NCBI RefSeq assembly: GCF_001194135.2 | Contig: NC_069008.1 | Coordinates: 1,546,890 to 1,610,889 of the forward strand | Length of the DNA: 64,000 nt | Source: Octopus bimaculoides | Lineage: Eukaryota | Direction: 5' to 3' | Part shown: positions 11,906 to 23,726 of the stretch, one piece after another | Layout of the letters: each line of letters starts with the position of its first letter | How positions within the stretch are numbered: position 1 is the first letter of the stretch | Position numbers and translations under genes: made by a program | Notes under the pieces: model-generated | What the model was told of the DNA's origin: nothing | Seen by the model: the letters and a program-made list of their open reading frames with translations, nothing else | Database searches by the model: none

Positions 11906-12254
11906 TTATTTTTGACTTGCGGACCCCTTTATATTTCAGGCTTTACCTTATAAACGCTTATGAAATTTATACATAAATATTTGCTTAAAATAACATATTT
12001 TTACATTTATTTATTTAACAGTATTTAACAAATAGGTTTATTGTCAATTAAAAGATTTCGATTAAAAAACATATATAAAATCAAATTGCCCATAAAAAGT
12101 ATTTGCTGCCCACGGACCCCCTGTCTTGTCCTTGCGGACCACATTTTGAAAACCCCCCTGGGTTATACAGTTGGAAGCCCTTCCTAATACCAACCACTTG
12201 ACATTTGTAATCTGTAGCTGAATACAAGCTGGAGAGAAAAGAAGAGAATATTAA

Positions 12255-12585
12255 ACACTGTTGCTGGTGCCACATAAAATGCACTGGTGATGGTGCCACG
12301 TAAAAACTACAGGTAATGGTGCTATGTGAAAATCACCAGTGCAGTGGTGTGGGTGCCATGTAAAAAGCACCAGTGCTGGTGCCACATAAAAGGCACTGGT
12401 GATAGTGCCACTTAAAAAGCGCCTAGTACACTCTGCAAAGTGGTTAGCATTAAGAAGGGCTTCCAGCTGTAGAAACCAAGCGGAAACAGATTATGGAACC
12501 TGTTGTGATCCCCTGGCCTTGCCAGCCCCTGTCAAGCTGTCCAACCCATGCCAGCATGGAAGAATGGACGCCAAACAATGATGAT
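12255..12585 (+). mobile_element. Sense SINE with internal ~30-bp subrepeats in the ZNF-B 3' region
   Basis: Repeated ggtgccac(a/g)taaaa units, then ...gtccaacccatgccagcatggaag...atgatgat. Confidence 0.75.
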
Positions 12586-13439
12586 CTTGTTGGAGATGTA
12601 TTCTGTCTTGTCATCTTGTAATCTATAAATATCTCTTGAAAATAGGTATGTTTGTAATTAAAGTTAATTACAGAGACTTAGTCTCATTATGACTGTAAAA
12701 GTTTGTGGAAATTATTATATATGACAGATGATTTGTTGAAAATATTCATAAAAAATAAAATTTTAAAAATGTAAAACTTTTGTAAAATCTTATCACTTGA
12801 ATTTATGGTGAAATAACTCTTAGTTATGTAAATTAAATTTTCATAATTTGTGACCAAATAGCTTGTGGTTAATGTAAATTAACATTTATAAATCTCTTAT
12901 AAAATATGTTTGCAATATTTGTTATGTGGTATTTTCTGGACTGTTGAAATTGTTTTTTTAACCCTTTAGCATTCAGATTATTTTGTCAAATGTAATAATT
13001 ATTTATTCACATTGTTTTAAACTAATCATACATTATCTTGTTGCTTCAAAATTCTGATGATTGCTTTTTTTTTAGAATGGCATTGTAGGGGAAGTGTGAG
13101 AGGCCAGATTTAGACAGTTTGAACATAAAATATATAGAATATTTGGGTCAGATATTGCTGGTTTAAATACTAAAAAGTTTAAAATTAATTCAACACTGAA
13201 AACATAAGTGTAAAATTTATAATGAAATGTTTAAGAAAATTCTTTTAGCTGTATGATCAATAAGTTTTGTGTTTCCAGTCCAGTCCTCTTGCACAAATGT
13301 TGTCTTCTGAAGCCCTGGTTAACACAGGAATTTTGTAGATGAATTCTCATCCATATGAGATGGTATCAAAAAGTTCCCAGAATAGTTATGTTCAAGAATA
13401 TAAGTGTACCACAAGTGAAAAAAGGTTGCCGAGCACTGA

Positions 13440-13845
13440 AATAGATAAAAGCTTATCTTCTATTTGTTCCAGTCATTAAGCTGCGGCCATGCTGGGGCAC
13501 CATCTTGAAGAATTTTAGTCGAACACAACAACCACTACTTTTCTTCTGTTTTTTTTTTTGAAGCCTGGTACTTATTTTATTGGTCTCTTTTGCCGAGCCA
13601 CTAAGTTACAGGGATATAAGCACACCAACACCAGTTGTCAAGTGGTGGTGGGAGATAAAGGCACACACATACACAAACACATAGGATGAGCTTCTTTCAG
13701 TTTCCATCTACCCAATCCATTCACGAGGCTTTGGTCAGCCCAAGTCTATAGACACTTGCCCAAGGTGGAATACTGTGGGACTGAACCTAGAACTAAGTGG
13801 TTGGTAAGCAAACTTCTTTACTATATGCCACACCTGCACCTAGGC
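13440..13845 (-). mobile_element. tRNA-derived SINE family 2
   Basis: Homologous to the plus-strand copies at 47060-47450 and 56630-57000 (cacttgcccaaggtg...gggactgaacc). Confidence 0.75.
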
Positions 13846-14932
13846 AGTTGTTCAGCGTTATGGACAGCCAACTACAAATGATGGGAAATAATTCTCAATT
13901 TCTTGTATATACACAATATATATTTGTGCACACAAATTGGTTTCAACTTTTGGCACAAGGCCAGCAAGTTTTTTTGGGGGGTGGGGTAATTCAATTACAT
14001 TGACCCCAGTGCTCAACTGAAACTTATTTTATCGACTCCAAAAGGATGAAGGCAAAATCAACTTCAACAGAATTTGAACTCAGAATCTGTAGATGGACAA
14101 AATGCCACTCAGCATTTTGCGTGGCCTGCTAATGGTTCTGCCAGCTCACTGTCTTCACCACATATTTATTTTGAAATACTCTGTGTTTCTTTCAATTACT
14201 TTAAATATAACAAAGAATTTAGTAAAATAACTTCGTTATCATTAAGCTAATGTTAGGACCATAAATTGTGACTAAGGTTTGGTGGAAGATTTTAATTCAA
14301 AACTTATGAAAACAAGACATTTGTACTACAGAGCCAGAAGCAGTTTCAGGTAGGATGGTACCAAAAGGGATAACGCTTTTTTTAACTATATTTCTGTTGA
14401 GATGCTCTGTGTTTCTTTCAATTACTTTAAATATAACAAAGAATTTAGTAAAGTAACTTAGTTGTCATTAAGCTAGTGTTAGGAACATAAATTGTGACTA
14501 AGGTTTGGTGGAAGATTTTAATTCAGAACTTATGAAAACAAGACATTTCTANNNNNNNNNNNNNNNNNNNNNNNNNNNNNNNNNNNNNNNNNNNNNNNNN
14601 NNNNNNNNNNNNNNNNNNNNNNNNNNNNNNNNNNNNNNNNNNNNNNNNNNNNNNNNNNNNNNNNNNNNNNNNNNNNNNNNNNNNNNNNNNNNNNNNNNNN
14701 NNNNNNNNNNNNNNNNNNNNNNNNNNNNNNNNNNNNNNNNNNNNNNNNNNNNNNNNNNNNNNNNNNNNNNNNNNNNNNNNNNNNNNNNNNNNNNNNNNNN
14801 NNNNNNNNNNNNNNNNNNNNNNNNNNNNNNNNNNNNNNNNNNNNNNNNNNNNNNNNNNNNNNNNNNNNNNNNNNNNNNNNNNNNNNNNNNNNNNNNNAAT
14901 ACAATAAAAATAATAACAGGACATAACAAAAG

Positions 14933-14986
<54 letters not shown>

Positions 14987-15456
14987 TATTACACGTGATG
15001 TTGGTAATTTCTTTTTCTTCTTAATTCTGTAGAATTGTCAGAGAATAGTTACTCAGAGTTTCAGGTTCCCATTTGTCGGACAGTTGTGACAGCATGAACA
15101 AACACCCACCTGATGTCTACGGATACAACAAATTGTATTGTAAGCATCCTAGGGATGCAGATTATGGTCGTAAAAACTTTTGATTTGTGGAAACCCACGT
15201 TGTAATACAATTAAAATATTCATAAATTCCACCCATGGAGAAGTTTTAATTCAGTTTTCCATCACGACTGTCTGACGAACGGCAACGTGAAACTCTGAGT
15301 AACAGTTCTGTGATACTTTTGCAGCTTTAATAAAAAGTAAGCATCGTGACGCGTAATCACGGGGATGTGAGTTCGAGTCCACAGTTGGCCACCTACACTT
15401 TTTTCTGCAAAATAGGGGTAGTTTATCCTGTTCAGGCTATATTATTAGCATTATTC

Positions 15457-15657
15457 GGTACTACTAAAGCAGCGCGGACCCGAACGCGCGTCTGCGCTAG
15501 CTAGTCTTGAGTGGTCGATCCTATCCCTAACCCTAACCCTAACCCTAACCCGCGTGTGCAAATGAATACGTGTTTAGGGTTAGGAATAGGGTTAGGGTTA
15601 GGATCGACCACTCACGACTAGCTAGCGCGGACGGGTCCGCGCTGCTTTACTAGTACC
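15457..15657. mobile_element. 201-bp MITE with telomere-like (CCCTAA)n in its arms and a 9-bp TSD
   Basis: TIRs ggtactactaaagcagcgcggaccc / gggtccgcgctgctttactagtacc; TSD GCATTATTC at 15448-15456 and 15658-15666. Confidence 0.85.
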
Positions 15658-16324
15658 GCATTATTCTGCGATTGAGAATTTAAAATCACTTCTTTAACTT
15701 TCTAAGACATCTCAACGTTTCTAAAAGCAAACTTCGTTTGTTTATTTACGTTTGTCGTAATTTGAATTTATATATAATATATATATATAAGTTAATTATA
15801 TACACACACACATTTTATCAAGTGCGAAAGGATTTAAGGTAAAAGTCGATCTCGTGGGAATTTGAACGCAGGACGTAAAGGCGAAATGACACAAAGCATT
15901 TTATCCGGCGTATTAATGGTTCTTACCAGCTGGCCGCCTAAACAAATAAAGTGCGACGGGTTACGATCGTGGCCCAAATAGATGCATTTAATTTATGGGC
16001 ATTTGTTGCAATCTAATGTCACTCAAACGCTTAGAAAGGCCCAAGCGTCCATTTCATTTTCTCATTTTTATATAACTTTCATTTCATTTCCATTCGTTTT
16101 ATGTTTTTTGTCCCCACTGTGGTCTTGTCTGTCCTTGTGGTGTCCCCATCTGTGTTTGGGGCTTTATGCCTAATAAAGAAATCACTCAATCGCTTAGATA
16201 CCCCAACCACCCCCGAATGCAAGTGGAGTAATAGTTCAAATAATGACTTTCAGATGATGTAAAACTTGCCACCATTATATACGAAGAAGATATTTTAACT
16301 ATTTTTTGTTTCTTATGTGTGCAG

Positions 16325-16367
16325 GGTAGTCTCATTTTCGTAAAATGTGCTCAGCAGTCCATGCTAT
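16325..16367 (+). other. Candidate small non-coding 5' exon of ZNF-C
   Basis: Pyrimidine tract plus tgcAG (16323-24) and a GTAAGT donor at 16368; no transcript evidence. Confidence 0.3.
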
Positions 16368-17115
16368 GTAAGTGCAAGTCCCAGCGCTTTATGGGTTAAA
16401 GTCAAAACTGATGTTCAAAACGTAAACATGTGAATGCTGTGTTTGTTTAGAAACAGCGGCGAGTGAAATTTTGTGAATAGAATTATAAACCATCGTCATA
16501 GAGCTTTATATGCCCTAATATTTGATTATTTTCTATAGTTAATGTACGGGGAAAGCATATCTATAAAATATAAAAAATTGTTTCTGTACGTATAAATTTA
16601 CGTTAGGGACTTTTAACTTACGTCACCGGTATGATTTATACAAAGGTAAAATTGTCCACTAACACCGCGTACTTAGTCTATTAAAAATTACCTGAGCGAA
16701 TGTAATTATCTCGTTGTAAGGTAAACATTAATGTTTGCCGATAATATAGAACTAGCTCAGATGTTTCAAACTAGGGGGCTTCGTCAAGTGATGCTTAGAT
16801 ATTTAATTTTGTTACCAACTTTCGCTGCATCTTGAATTGTTTACGAGAATATGGACTTCAATGGCCAAGTAATGAGTGAATATCTTTGATAATTCTTCCC
16901 TTTGTAGTCGACTAGCAAATCTAAAACCCTAGTCATTTTTAATGCCAGTGTAATGGTGAACAATTTTGATTTCTTAGTACCACAAACACGCACACACACA
17001 TGCGTATTTTCCACGCGGGCTCAATATATTTTTTAGACTATAAAGCATTGACGAAATCATAACCAGATTTCATAACATAGATTTAAAAATTTTTTAAAGG
17101 TATTTTGTATACAGT

Positions 17116-17154
<39 letters not shown>

Positions 17155-17274
17155 TACATGGACACAAGTCGACAGAGTGTATACTGGGAGTAAGTAAAAA
17201 CAATATACAAATTGCGTATTTTACCCACTTGTTAAAAGAGACCAATAATATCTGAGAAAAGCAATGGAACTATA

Positions 17275-18561
17275 ATGAATCTGAACAGTACCTCTGGAAT
17301 GAATATGGAGGACGTTAAACCCTTGGCCGTTCCCAACTCCGCTGTTTTTATTAATTTGCATACAGTAACAGAGACTTATTATAATAATAATGAGAGAATT
17401 TTCGGCTGCAACATGCTTGCTGAAGAAAAATCATTGGACAAAAAAGTTTGCTGTGAAATTTGTGGGAAGTCGTTTGGCAAAGTCCGTTACTTAAAAGAAC
17501 ACGAGAAAGTACACACTGGGGAAAAACCGTATCTTTGTGAAGTATGCGGAATATCCTTCTCTCGGACGTCTCATCTTGCTCTCCATAAACGTATTCACTC
17601 GGGGAAGAAACCTTACCACTGTGAAATATGCGGGAAATCATTTATAAAAAACAGCAATTTAACACAACACAAGAGAGTACACACCGGAGAAAAACCGTTT
17701 CCCTGTGAAATTTGTGGTAAATTTTTCTCTTACAATTACCATCTTGTTATTCATAAACGTATTCACTCTGGAAGTAAACCTTTCCACTGTGAAATATGTG
17801 GAAGATCGTTTGCTCTTAGTAGTTATTTAAAAAGTCACAAGAGAATACACACAGGAGAGAAGCCATTTCAATGTGAAGTATGTGAAAAAAGTTTCAGTCA
17901 AAAATCGAGTCTGGTTGGTCACATACGTACTCACACTGGTGAAACGCCATACCACTGTGAAATCTGTGGTAAATCGTTCTCTCTCAAATCCAGGCTTGTA
18001 CATCATGAAGCAATACACCATAACAAAGGTGATTTAACAAAGGAAAAGACACATCATTGTGAAATCTGTGGGAAATGGTTCTCTTTGAATTCTAGTCTTT
18101 TACGTCATAAAGCAAGACACATTGGAGAAAGAGCTTTCCACTGTGAAATATGTGGAAAATCTTTTGTGGATAAAGGTGATTTAACAAGACACAAAAAGAT
18201 CCACAACGAGGAGAAACCTGTGCATTGTGAGCTATGTGGAAAATCATTCTTATTTAAATCCAGACTTGTAAATCATAAAAGGACACACACTGGAGAAAAG
18301 CCCTATCACTGTGAAATTTGTGGGAAATCGTTCAGTAATAATACTAATCTTGCCAGTCATGTAAGGATCCACACCGGAGAGAGACCGTATCATTGTGAAG
18401 TGTGTGGGAAGTCTTTTGTAACCAAAGGCGATTTAACGAGACACGAAAGAATACATACTGGCGAGAAACCTTACAGCTGTGACATTTGTGGGAAATCATT
18501 CCGAAGTAGTGGTCATTTTGCCAGACACAGAAAAATACACACTGGAGGAAAATCGTTATGA
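17275..18561 (+). CDS. C2H2 zinc-finger protein ZNF-C (13 fingers, subfamily 1)
   Basis: 428-aa ORF; close paralog of ZNF-B (shared [16 protein letters not shown] and RSSGHFA fingers, plus upstream and 3' non-coding blocks). Confidence 0.93.
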   Translation: MNLNSTSGMNMEDVKPLAVPNSAVFINLHTVTETYYNNNERIFGCNMLAEEKSLDKKVCCEICGKSFGKVRYLKEHEKVHTGEKPYLCEVCGISFSRTSHLALHKRIHSGKKPYHCEICGKSFIKNSNLTQHKRVHTGEKPFPCEICGKFFSYNYHLVIHKRIHSGSKPFHCEICGRSFALSSYLKSHKRIHTGEKPFQCEVCEKSFSQKSSLVGHIRTHTGETPYHCEICGKSFSLKSRLVHHEAIHHNKGDLTKEKTHHCEICGKWFSLNSSLLRHKARHIGERAFHCEICGKSFVDKGDLTRHKKIHNEEKPVHCELCGKSFLFKSRLVNHKRTHTGEKPYHCEICGKSFSNNTNLASHVRIHTGERPYHCEVCGKSFVTKGDLTRHERIHTGEKPYSCDICGKSFRSSGHFARHRKIHTGGKSL

Positions 18562-18998
18562 TGATGATGATCTTCATTTAGTACCTGTGTTTTCTGCCTG
18601 GCATGGGTTGGATGGTTTGGCAGGATCCAACATGTTTGAGGACTGCGTTGTGCTCCTGTGTCTGATATGGGTTATACAGTTGGATGCCCTTTCTAACATC
18701 AACCACATCACTTTTATAATCTGCAGCTGGATTCGAACTTGAGAGAAAAGATTTAAATGATTAAACACCGGTGCCATGTAAAAAGCTCTGGTGCCACATA
18801 AAATGTGCTGGTGTTGGTTCCACTGAAAAAGTTTGCAGTACACTCTGCAAAGTGGTTGGCATTAGGAAGGGCATCTTGCTGTAGAAACCAATCCAAAATT
18901 AGACGATGGAACCTGGTGTGGCCCACGACCTTACTAGCTCCTGTCAAGCCATTTGACCCATGCCAGCATGGAAAAATGGACATCAAACAATGATGATC
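18558..18998. mobile_element. Antisense SINE end (18558-18700) and sense SINE (18765-18998) in the ZNF-C 3' region
   Basis: Same arrangement as downstream of ZNF-B. Confidence 0.75.
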
Positions 18999-19700
18999 AA
19001 GATATATTCTGTGTCTTGTCAGCTTGTAATCTATAAGTATCTCTTGAAAATAGATTTGTTTGTAATTAAAGTTAATTACAGAGGCACAGTCTCGTTAATT
19101 ATGACTATAAAAATTTGTGGAAATTAGTATATCATTAAGATGATTTGTTGAAAATATTCTTAAAAAATTTCTTTTAATATGAAATTCATGGAAACTCTTA
19201 TCACCTGAATTTATGGCAAAATAACTCCTAATTATGTAAATTAAATTTGCATAATTTATGACCAAATAACTTGTGGTTAATGTAAATTAAAATTTAATTT
19301 TATAAATCTCTTATAAAATGGAAATTAAAGTTGAATGCCTGCAATATTTGTTATGTGGTATTTTCTGGACTGTTGAAATCGTTTTTATAAAATTAATTCA
19401 ATACTGGAAACATTTTATCAGTGTAAAATTTATATTGAAATGTTTAACCTATTTTGTTACAACACAAAATCAAACATGACCATGCTGTACTTATTTTTAT
19501 TGTTTGCTTAATTAATTAGTCACTACATGTAATGAATTAACTACCCTTATCCTATTTATATATCTAACTTATTTACCTGCATTTGTATTAACATTGTACT
19601 ACTACTGATATACGACACCCACCACCAATAGCGGTAACAATAATTAACCAGTTAGCATATATATATTTAATGTTAATTGTACTGACACTTAACCAGTCAA

Positions 19701-19730
<30 letters not shown>

Positions 19731-19734
<4 letters not shown>

Positions 19735-20808
19735 GTTGTCCGGAAAGTTCTGAGCGTTTTTTAATATGTAAAAAGGGATATAAATAATTGACCTTTCAAT
19801 AAATTTTATTCAATGGAATAATTCCATTATTATTAATGACCTTTGCTCATCTATCAGGCAATTTAAATATTCCATCAGCATAAAATTTGACTGGTTTTGA
19901 AGAAAAAGGAGTTATCTGGATGCATTTTGACTCCATCAAAATCTTTAAATGTTTTTCCTTGCAATGAGTTCTGTAGAGACAAAAACAAGTGGTAGTCAGA
20001 TGGTGCAATATCAGGAGAATATGGTGAATGGGGTAAGAGATTACAGACAAGTTCATGTAATTTTGTTCAGGTAGCCAAAGACACATGTGGTTGGGCATTG
20101 TCGTGTTGGAACACTACTCCTTTCCTATAGGCAATTTCTGGTCTCAATTCTTTCATTTTTTGGTTCAAATTAGCCAGCTGATGACAGCACACATCAGAAT
20201 TAATGGTCTAGTTTTCTGGGAGAAGCTCATGATAAATAATGCCTTTATGATCCCACTAAACACAAAGCATAGCTTTTTCAACATGGATGTTTGTCTTTGG
20301 TTGCTGTTTTGGGGGATCCTTATGCAAACTTTGTGTTTTCATACACAATCCATTTTTCATCTCCAGTCAGAAGTTGTTTCAAAAAAGGCATTTCCATTTC
20401 AAAATCATAACACAAGCATAATACCAGTCCAAGTAATTCTTTTCTGAGAGTTTGTGAGGGACTCATACATCACAGCGAGAAATGTATCCTCGCTTCACTA
20501 GGTTGATCATGAGCCATACTTTTAGAAACTTAAGTCCTTTGCAAGTTCTCTAATCATGATATTTGAGTTTTCTGTGATTTTTGCCTTCAAAACCTCTTCA
20601 TCCAATTTTGAAGGTCTTCCACTGCGACTCCTCTTCCAAGCTAAACTCTCCAGTTTCAAATTTTGCCAACCTCCTTCGAACTGTTGATTCACCTACAGCA
20701 TCATCACCATAAACTTCACAAATGTTTTTGCAAGTCTTTGCTGCATTTTCTCCTTTTTTTTTAAAAGAAAAGCATTACAACAGGAATACGAAATTTTTGG
20801 TTATCCAT
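19731..20808 (-). mobile_element. Degenerate mariner element
   Basis: TIR ttaggttgtccggaaagttc next to (TA)n; minus-strand remnants HSPYSPDIAPSDYHLF and FYADGIFKLPDR*AKVINNNGNY match the mariner C-terminus. Confidence 0.85.
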
Positions 20809-20829
20809 TTCAAATGTCAATAAAGGGTA

Positions 20830-21020
20830 ACAGCCCCCTCTTGTTCATCATAGTCCTCCAGGCAATTACAGAAGATTTAAAGTAGGTTGCCCTTAGGAGC
20901 TCCTGTGTGCTGATGACCTTGTTCTTATAGCTGAATCACTACCAGAACTAGAGAAGAAACTTCAGATGTGGAAGCAAAGTCTAGAATCAAAGGACTTAAG
21001 AGTTAATTTAGTAAAGACCC
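20830..21020 (+). mobile_element. RTE LINE reverse-transcriptase fragment
   Basis: SPLLFIIVLQAITED...ELLCADDLVLIAESLPELEKKLQMWKQSLESKDLRVNLVKT (YADD-like motif). Confidence 0.85.
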
Positions 21021-21198
21021 ACCAGGGAAGATAACAATAATAACAAGTAACACCTTTGGCTACAATGGTAACATTGACAGTGCCCTCTCGACATCTGGCA
21101 ATAACATTACCAGTGCTACCAACACTAGCACCAACGGCCCCAGCAGCAGCAAATTCGTTGACCCTAGCAACGTCATCGTCGACAGCACAGGCAACAAC

Positions 21199-21487
21199 AG
21201 TGAGATCGTTGCCAGTGCCCCTGGACTGGCCCTTGTGCGGGTGGCACATAAAATACACCATTTTGAGCGTGGCCATTGCCAGTGCTGCCTGACTGGCCCT
21301 CGTGCGGGTGACACGTAAAAGCACCCACTACACTCTCTGAGTGGTTGGCGTTAGGAAGGGCATCCAGCTGTAGAAACTCTGCCAAATCAGATTGGAGCCT
21401 GGTGTAGCCATCTGGTTCACCAGTCCTCAGTCAAATCGTCCAACCCATGCTAGCATGGAAAGTGGACGTTAAACGATGATGATGATG
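21199..21487 (+). mobile_element. SINE family 1
   Basis: Near-identical to 2290-2612, with a (GAT)n tail. Confidence 0.85.
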
Positions 21488-21629
21488 TGCACCACTGGCA
21501 ACACACGCAGAAGCAGTAACACAACCACCACTACCAACTGCCCCAGCTGGAGCACCACCAGAATCAACACCATCGACAGCAGCAACAACATCGACAACTG
21601 CAACAGCAGCAGTAGGCACAACACCGACT

Positions 21630-22240
21630 CCATGCATCCAAGGAAATACATTGGATGTGTGAGAACTTCCTTTAAGAAACGTTTTTCCAGCCATAAATCC
21701 TCCTTTAGAGTTTGAGAAAGGAGATATGTAACATCACTGGCAACTGAAGGAATTCCATACTCGATATCATGGAAAATCTCACACTGTCCGGGTCCATACA
21801 TAAACGGAACAAAACGCTGCAAGCTATGCGTAACCGAATGCATGGAAATCCTGAAAAACTTGCACGTACAAGGGACCATACTGAACTCCAGAATGGAGAT
21901 TTTCGGGCTGTGCTTGTATTTCAGGAGATTCCTGTTAGCGTTTTGGGAACCACATAATAGCAGTATTAGCGATAATTATACCACAGCTAGAAAATGATTG
22001 CTGATGAGAGTAGGGGAAAACTAAATTTTACCCTCATAGCTGATGGGTGGTGTGACTGAAAGAGGACAACACAGCCAGAAGCCGATGACCAGCCCCAAAG
22101 GGAGAAAACCCCCACTGTTTATAGCTCTATCGTTTCCCCCTCCATATTTTAAAGTGGCCATAGGCCAACAGGTCTTAGGGTCTGAAGATACGCCATAAAA
22201 GTACCATTTATGGCTAGAAACCTAAGGTAACCCTATAAAC
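21630..22240 (+). mobile_element. 3' part of a Penelope-like element (GIY-YIG endonuclease remnant and terminal region)
   Basis: KYIGCVRTSFKKRFSSHKSSFR*...YSISWKI...PYINGTKRCKLCVTECMEI...LNSRMEIFGLC, stop at 21995-97. This matches the PLE endonuclease pattern YIG..FK.R...H...SF / RC.LC..E / LN.R.EI. Confidence 0.85.
22176..22235 (+). ncRNA. Type-I hammerhead ribozyme motif (HHR-2)
   Basis: Stem I TAGGGT/ACCCTA; CTGAAGA (22182-88); stem II TA(C)GCCATAAA/TTTATGGCTA; GAAA (22217-20); stem III A-CC-taa-GG-T; GUA triplet with predicted cut after 22229. Confidence 0.85.
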
Positions 22241-23726
22241 CGGCCTTCACCAGTAATTAATATAGACTGCGGATCTTTCTGATTTGGCGGACACCATTTT
22301 TTTTTTTATCTATGTTTTATTTAGTGTGTTTTCTACCGAAACACTTTAAAACTTCGTATACTTGTATATTTTGTCTTATAGAACAGAGAAAAAATTTTGT
22401 ATTCGAAGTTCTTTCATGCTAAAAGTTGTCGTATTTCGGTAATTTTAACCACTCACTGACGTCTATTGAGGTGAAAACAATTACTGCTGTGGATTGTCAA
22501 CATAACGTTGTGCGGTGTAATGGGATCTTTTCCCTTGAATAAAATTAGTGCCGTTGTTTGTCAACAACAACTATCGGCGGTACTGTTATTTATGACATCG
22601 TTCGTGCGTCTGTACTGGTTTTAGGATTTGGGCTCGGGTTTTAGAGTTAGGGTTAGGGTTAAGTATTTTTGCCAAATTTGGTGAAAATCTGTTCAATACA
22701 CCGCCACAAATTTTTTTACCAAATTTGGCAAAAATACTCATAACCCACTTCTGCTCTATTTCTTAGAGTGTGTTTTTTCTCCGGATTTATGTTTTTCGAA
22801 AGAAAAAAAAAAAAAATGTGTGTGTGCGTGCACACACACACACACTCACACTCACACGTACTCTATCCGTCCGTCTTGCCAAACATGCTACCACGAGTGT
22901 TTGAATAGTTTGTGCAGAGTGACTTCCCTTCATGTGACGTATCTGAAAGAACTTTGTTTTTTTACTTGTAATATTTATTTGAAGAATTGGCAAACACAAT
23001 GCAATATAACTTCCAGCTTCAATGATACCGTTGACTCCGACACTTGAAGTCGTGATAAAAAACTAAAATTGATATTATTAAAAATGTTTCTGTACGTATT
23101 ATGTACATTAAACTGATGTCTCCGGTATGATTTATGCAAGGGTAAAATTGTCCCCTACACCGTGTACTTAGTATATTTATAATTACTTGAGCGAATGTAA
23201 TTATTTCGTTGTAAGGTAAACATTGATTTTTTGCCAATAACATAGAACCAGCTAAGATGTTTCAAACTCGGTGCTTCGTCACCGTGACGATGAAATATTT
23301 AATTTTGTTACCAACTATCGCTACGTCCTGAATTGTTTACAAGAATATGGACTTCAGGGGCCAAATTATGAGTTAACTTTGATATTTCTTCCGTTTGTAA
23401 TTGACTTGCAAATTTAAAACCTCGATCATTTCTAGTGCTACTCTGCAATGGTGATCAATTGTGATTTCATAGCACCACACACACTGACCTACGTATTGTC
23501 TAGACAGACTCAATATATATATATATTTTAGACTGTACAGTACCTATTCAATCATAACCATATTTCATAATATAGATATAAAAAAAAAAGTAGTTTTGTT
23601 TCAAATTGTATATGTGCTACAAATTGTATATGTGCTATATCGTGGGGGTTAGTAAAAATTATATACATATTGCTTAGTTTATCCGAGAGCATCACAATAT
23701 CCAAGAAAATTACATCTGGTGTGAAT

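Noticed and set aside
14160-14550. Tandem duplicates beside gaps (14160-14550, 50890-51170, and the SINE pair around the 2125-2134 gap)
   Set aside because: Near-identical sequence flanking N runs is a typical scaffolding artefact.
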